NCBI GenBank assembly: GCA_002633005.1 | Contig: NMRA01000384.1 | Coordinates: forward strand, 349,504-413,503 | Length of the DNA stretch: 64,000 nt | From: Phoronis australis | Taxonomy: Eukaryota; Animalia; Phoronida | Reading direction: 5' to 3' | Part shown: in pieces, positions 61,278 through 64,000 of the stretch | Position numbering within the stretch: the first letter of the stretch is position 1 | Layout: each line of letters begins with the position of its first letter | Position numbers and translations under genes: made by a program | The notes under the pieces: generated by a model | Seen by the model: only the letters and a program-made list of their open reading frames with translations | What the model was told of the DNA's origin: nothing | The model's database searches: none

Positions 61278-61851
61278 ACATCCCAATTTCGGTGCCGAGG
61301 ACAATTCCATCAGCTCTCGTGACTGGTGGACTCAGGTGGTCTCTCAGGTCTTTCTCAAGTGCGGGTACAAAGGTCAGTTTTCGCAGCTCAACTCCATTGC
61401 ACAGGATGCCTATGACTCGTTCAACAGTGCAGATGCATGGTCTGTCTTTCCAGACGTTCACGAGACCCTCACTAGCCTGCGAGACATGAATGTGAAATTG
61501 GGTGTCATCTCGAACTTCGACAAGCGACTCAACACAATCCTGGACAACCTGGACTTGGCGAAGTACTTCAACTTTGTCACGACGTCGGAAGTCTCCAGAG
61601 CTTGCAAACCCAATCCTAGGATCTTCGAGGTTGCATTGAACAAATCTGCGTATAAATTCCCGTTGGCGGAATGCTTGCATGTGGGGAACTCCGTGAAGCG
61701 CGACTACCTACCTGCGGTCAGCCTTGGTTTGAACGCAGCTATTATATTCCGCGGCGACATGAACAACGTGCCTGCTAAGTTTGATGAGGTTGACAGAAAA
61801 TTTCTGCTCCCAACCCTGAGCAGCGTTCCGGCCTTGCTGGAGAGCTTGTAA
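61278..61851 (+). CDS. HDHD3: HDHD3-like coding exon 2 (246 aa total)
   Basis: ttgcag acceptor; HPNFG...SRDWW, GVISNFDKRL (motif II), KPNPRIF (III), HVGNSVKRD (IV); TAA stop. Confidence 0.93.
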
Positions 61852-64000
61852 GTGTTTGAAGAGGAATGGTTTGACAGTGGAAAACATTCCATTTGCGTAA
61901 GTTTTGCAATGCTGTGTTAGAACAAGTAGCGTTTGCTGAGAAACAAAGCGTGACATTGGAGATACTTGTCTACCTTTGGAATTAACTCGTGTGAATGGTC
62001 GAAAAATCTTCGCATTCAACTCGTTATAAAATTATGTAGAAACGTTTTCGAGCAGTCAGTTTAAAGTTTTTGAAAAGACTAGGCAGAGTAGTGATTCCTG
62101 AAACAATTGTTTGTGTGGTTCACAGAAAAGGGAAGAAAGAGCGTGTTTCCTATTTCCTTGTGTCAAATATCATATAATAGGAGATAGTAATACCCACAAA
62201 GGACCTCAAAAGTAACACCAATTACTATTTCCTGTCATGACAACAACTCTGCTCTCTGCACAAAGGCATCTGTGAATACCATGTGCACTCAGCCATCTTT
62301 ACTGGGAATTCTGGGTCACTTTGTCCAATTTGAATCGCTGTGAACCGTCATTCTACTGGTCTCCATGGTGAAAGCTTTACACTGGCAGCTGGGTCTTCTG
62401 AATTTCATTCGAGACAACCAGAAAATTGACCAATTGCATGACGGGCTGTGAATAAATTTTCGAATTCTCTGCTTTATGATTGGTTAGTTTTTCAGTCCAG
62501 TCTTGACTAAAATGTTACTATTGATCTGGAAGTATATCTTGAGAAGATTCATAACTATGTATGTGAAATTCACAGCTGCTGTTGTTGGCACTTTATCTGG
62601 AAAATTCTAAAATTTCCACTTTAAGTTAGCTTTTTGGAAGATTTGCGTCCTTTTTTCAGAGTAGGCGTATTCTGACATTTCTCTCTACAAGTGTGCCATG
62701 CAATTTTAAAAATGTAGCAGTTCTTTGGTTATGGGAAATCCTGATATGTTGTGATTTTTTTGGAATTTATTGATTTAATTGCCAAAGAATCCCTGATTGC
62801 CATAAAATAGTAGTTTTCAAAAAGACTTTACAAATTTCAGAGAAACTTGACTGACTTCTTTGCAGTAATGCCAGAAAGCCAGAAGGAAATCAGATGCAAA
62901 ATATACCACTGAATAATTTGAAAATTCTTCAGAATATTTTGAAATTTCAAGGAAATGAAATTTCTTGTTTGAAAGCTACTACCTTTGTCTCTTAGCTGCC
63001 TTGCTTTAGTGGCATCACTTTGTTCTTTATGTAAATGTATACATGGTCACAAACATTTTTGATTCCAGTCTGTACGCCACCTGTTGGCCATATCATGTGA
63101 CCTAATGAACATAAGTCAAGATTTACATATGTATATGTATACATTGTCATTAAAAGGAACATATTTCATGGTTAACTGGGAAGCCAAACCCTTGGTCTGT
63201 GTAAAAGTACTTGATTAGATTTGTTTTAATTATGTCACTTAAATACAGTTTCTTCTAATACAAACCCTGAAAACTAAGACTCAACAGAAGTAGTATCCAG
63301 GTGTTGATAATTAAGGAAATGAATGAAAAAGGTGAAAACTTCTGGAAAGATTTGGAAATGTCATAAGGTATATGACAAGCACCATTTACTGTTCATGTAG
63401 CAAGTTAGTACTCCAAGTTACTATTGGCAACAATCAAGAAGAAGTTGGTGCATTTTTAGTCTTTTGTTGCAAATGGAACTTAAGGTAATTATATCTAGAA
63501 CTAGAAATTCAATTAAAAATTAGTATGCAATGTGGGAAGATTCATGATACATGTAAACTGATGTAGTGTTGACAGGTGCTAATTAAGTTTTGCATGAAAT
63601 GCTTGTTGTTATTATGTTTAAATACTAGGCTTTAAAAGTGCAGAAAACACGCTAAACTTATTACTGCTGGTGATAGAGGCGATTAGAACAATTGTGATAT
63701 TATGTTGATTTTTTGAAATGGGGAGTGCTAGGAGTTAGGAAGTTCATACATTTCCAGTTTGTTCCGTTTTGTCCTTCGTCAGTTGGCTTGTCAACTTTTG
63801 TGCCTGCTTTTGGACAGTCTTACACTTTTCTGAAGCCTTCATTGTAACCAAAGTTTGTTGTAATAGAAAACTGGTGTAACTTAAGTTGTTAAAATGATTT
63901 TACTAAAATCAACCTTGTGATTTCTAGGATGATCATAGATGCCCACAACAGTAAAAAGCATATGGTCAACATCGATGTTAAATTCCGCATGTGCAAACAT

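Noticed and set aside
61084-61680. 198-aa minus-strand ORF
   Set aside because: Antisense shadow of HDHD3 exon 2 with no recognisable motifs.

Overview
AT-rich, intron-rich animal (probably marine invertebrate) genomic DNA from a draft assembly with N gaps. About 52 kb of the window is one minus-strand gene for a centriolin (CNTRL/CEP110) orthologue. I traced 34 non-redundant GT-AG coding exons from ATG 57146 down to 4688, all phase-compatible and totalling 6195 nt (2065 aa: N-terminal LRRs, long coiled coils, a Pro/Gly-rich segment); no stop codon was reached. Two exon-containing blocks (about 2.9 kb and 755 bp) are tandemly duplicated across single-N joins; these are probably both haplotypes, although both duplications keep the frame. 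A two-exon HDHD3-like HAD hydrolase (59670-61851, +) lies head-to-head with it. Their shared promoter region is built from an old ~260-bp tandem duplication. The introns carry a Kolobok-type TIR transposon (TTAA TSD, convergent THAP and KolX/P2X7-ballast-like ORFs), several MITEs, an RNase H LINE relic, tRNA-derived SINE heads and minisatellites, several of which start at and copy splice donors. No prokaryotic system, CRISPR array or intact RNA gene is supported.
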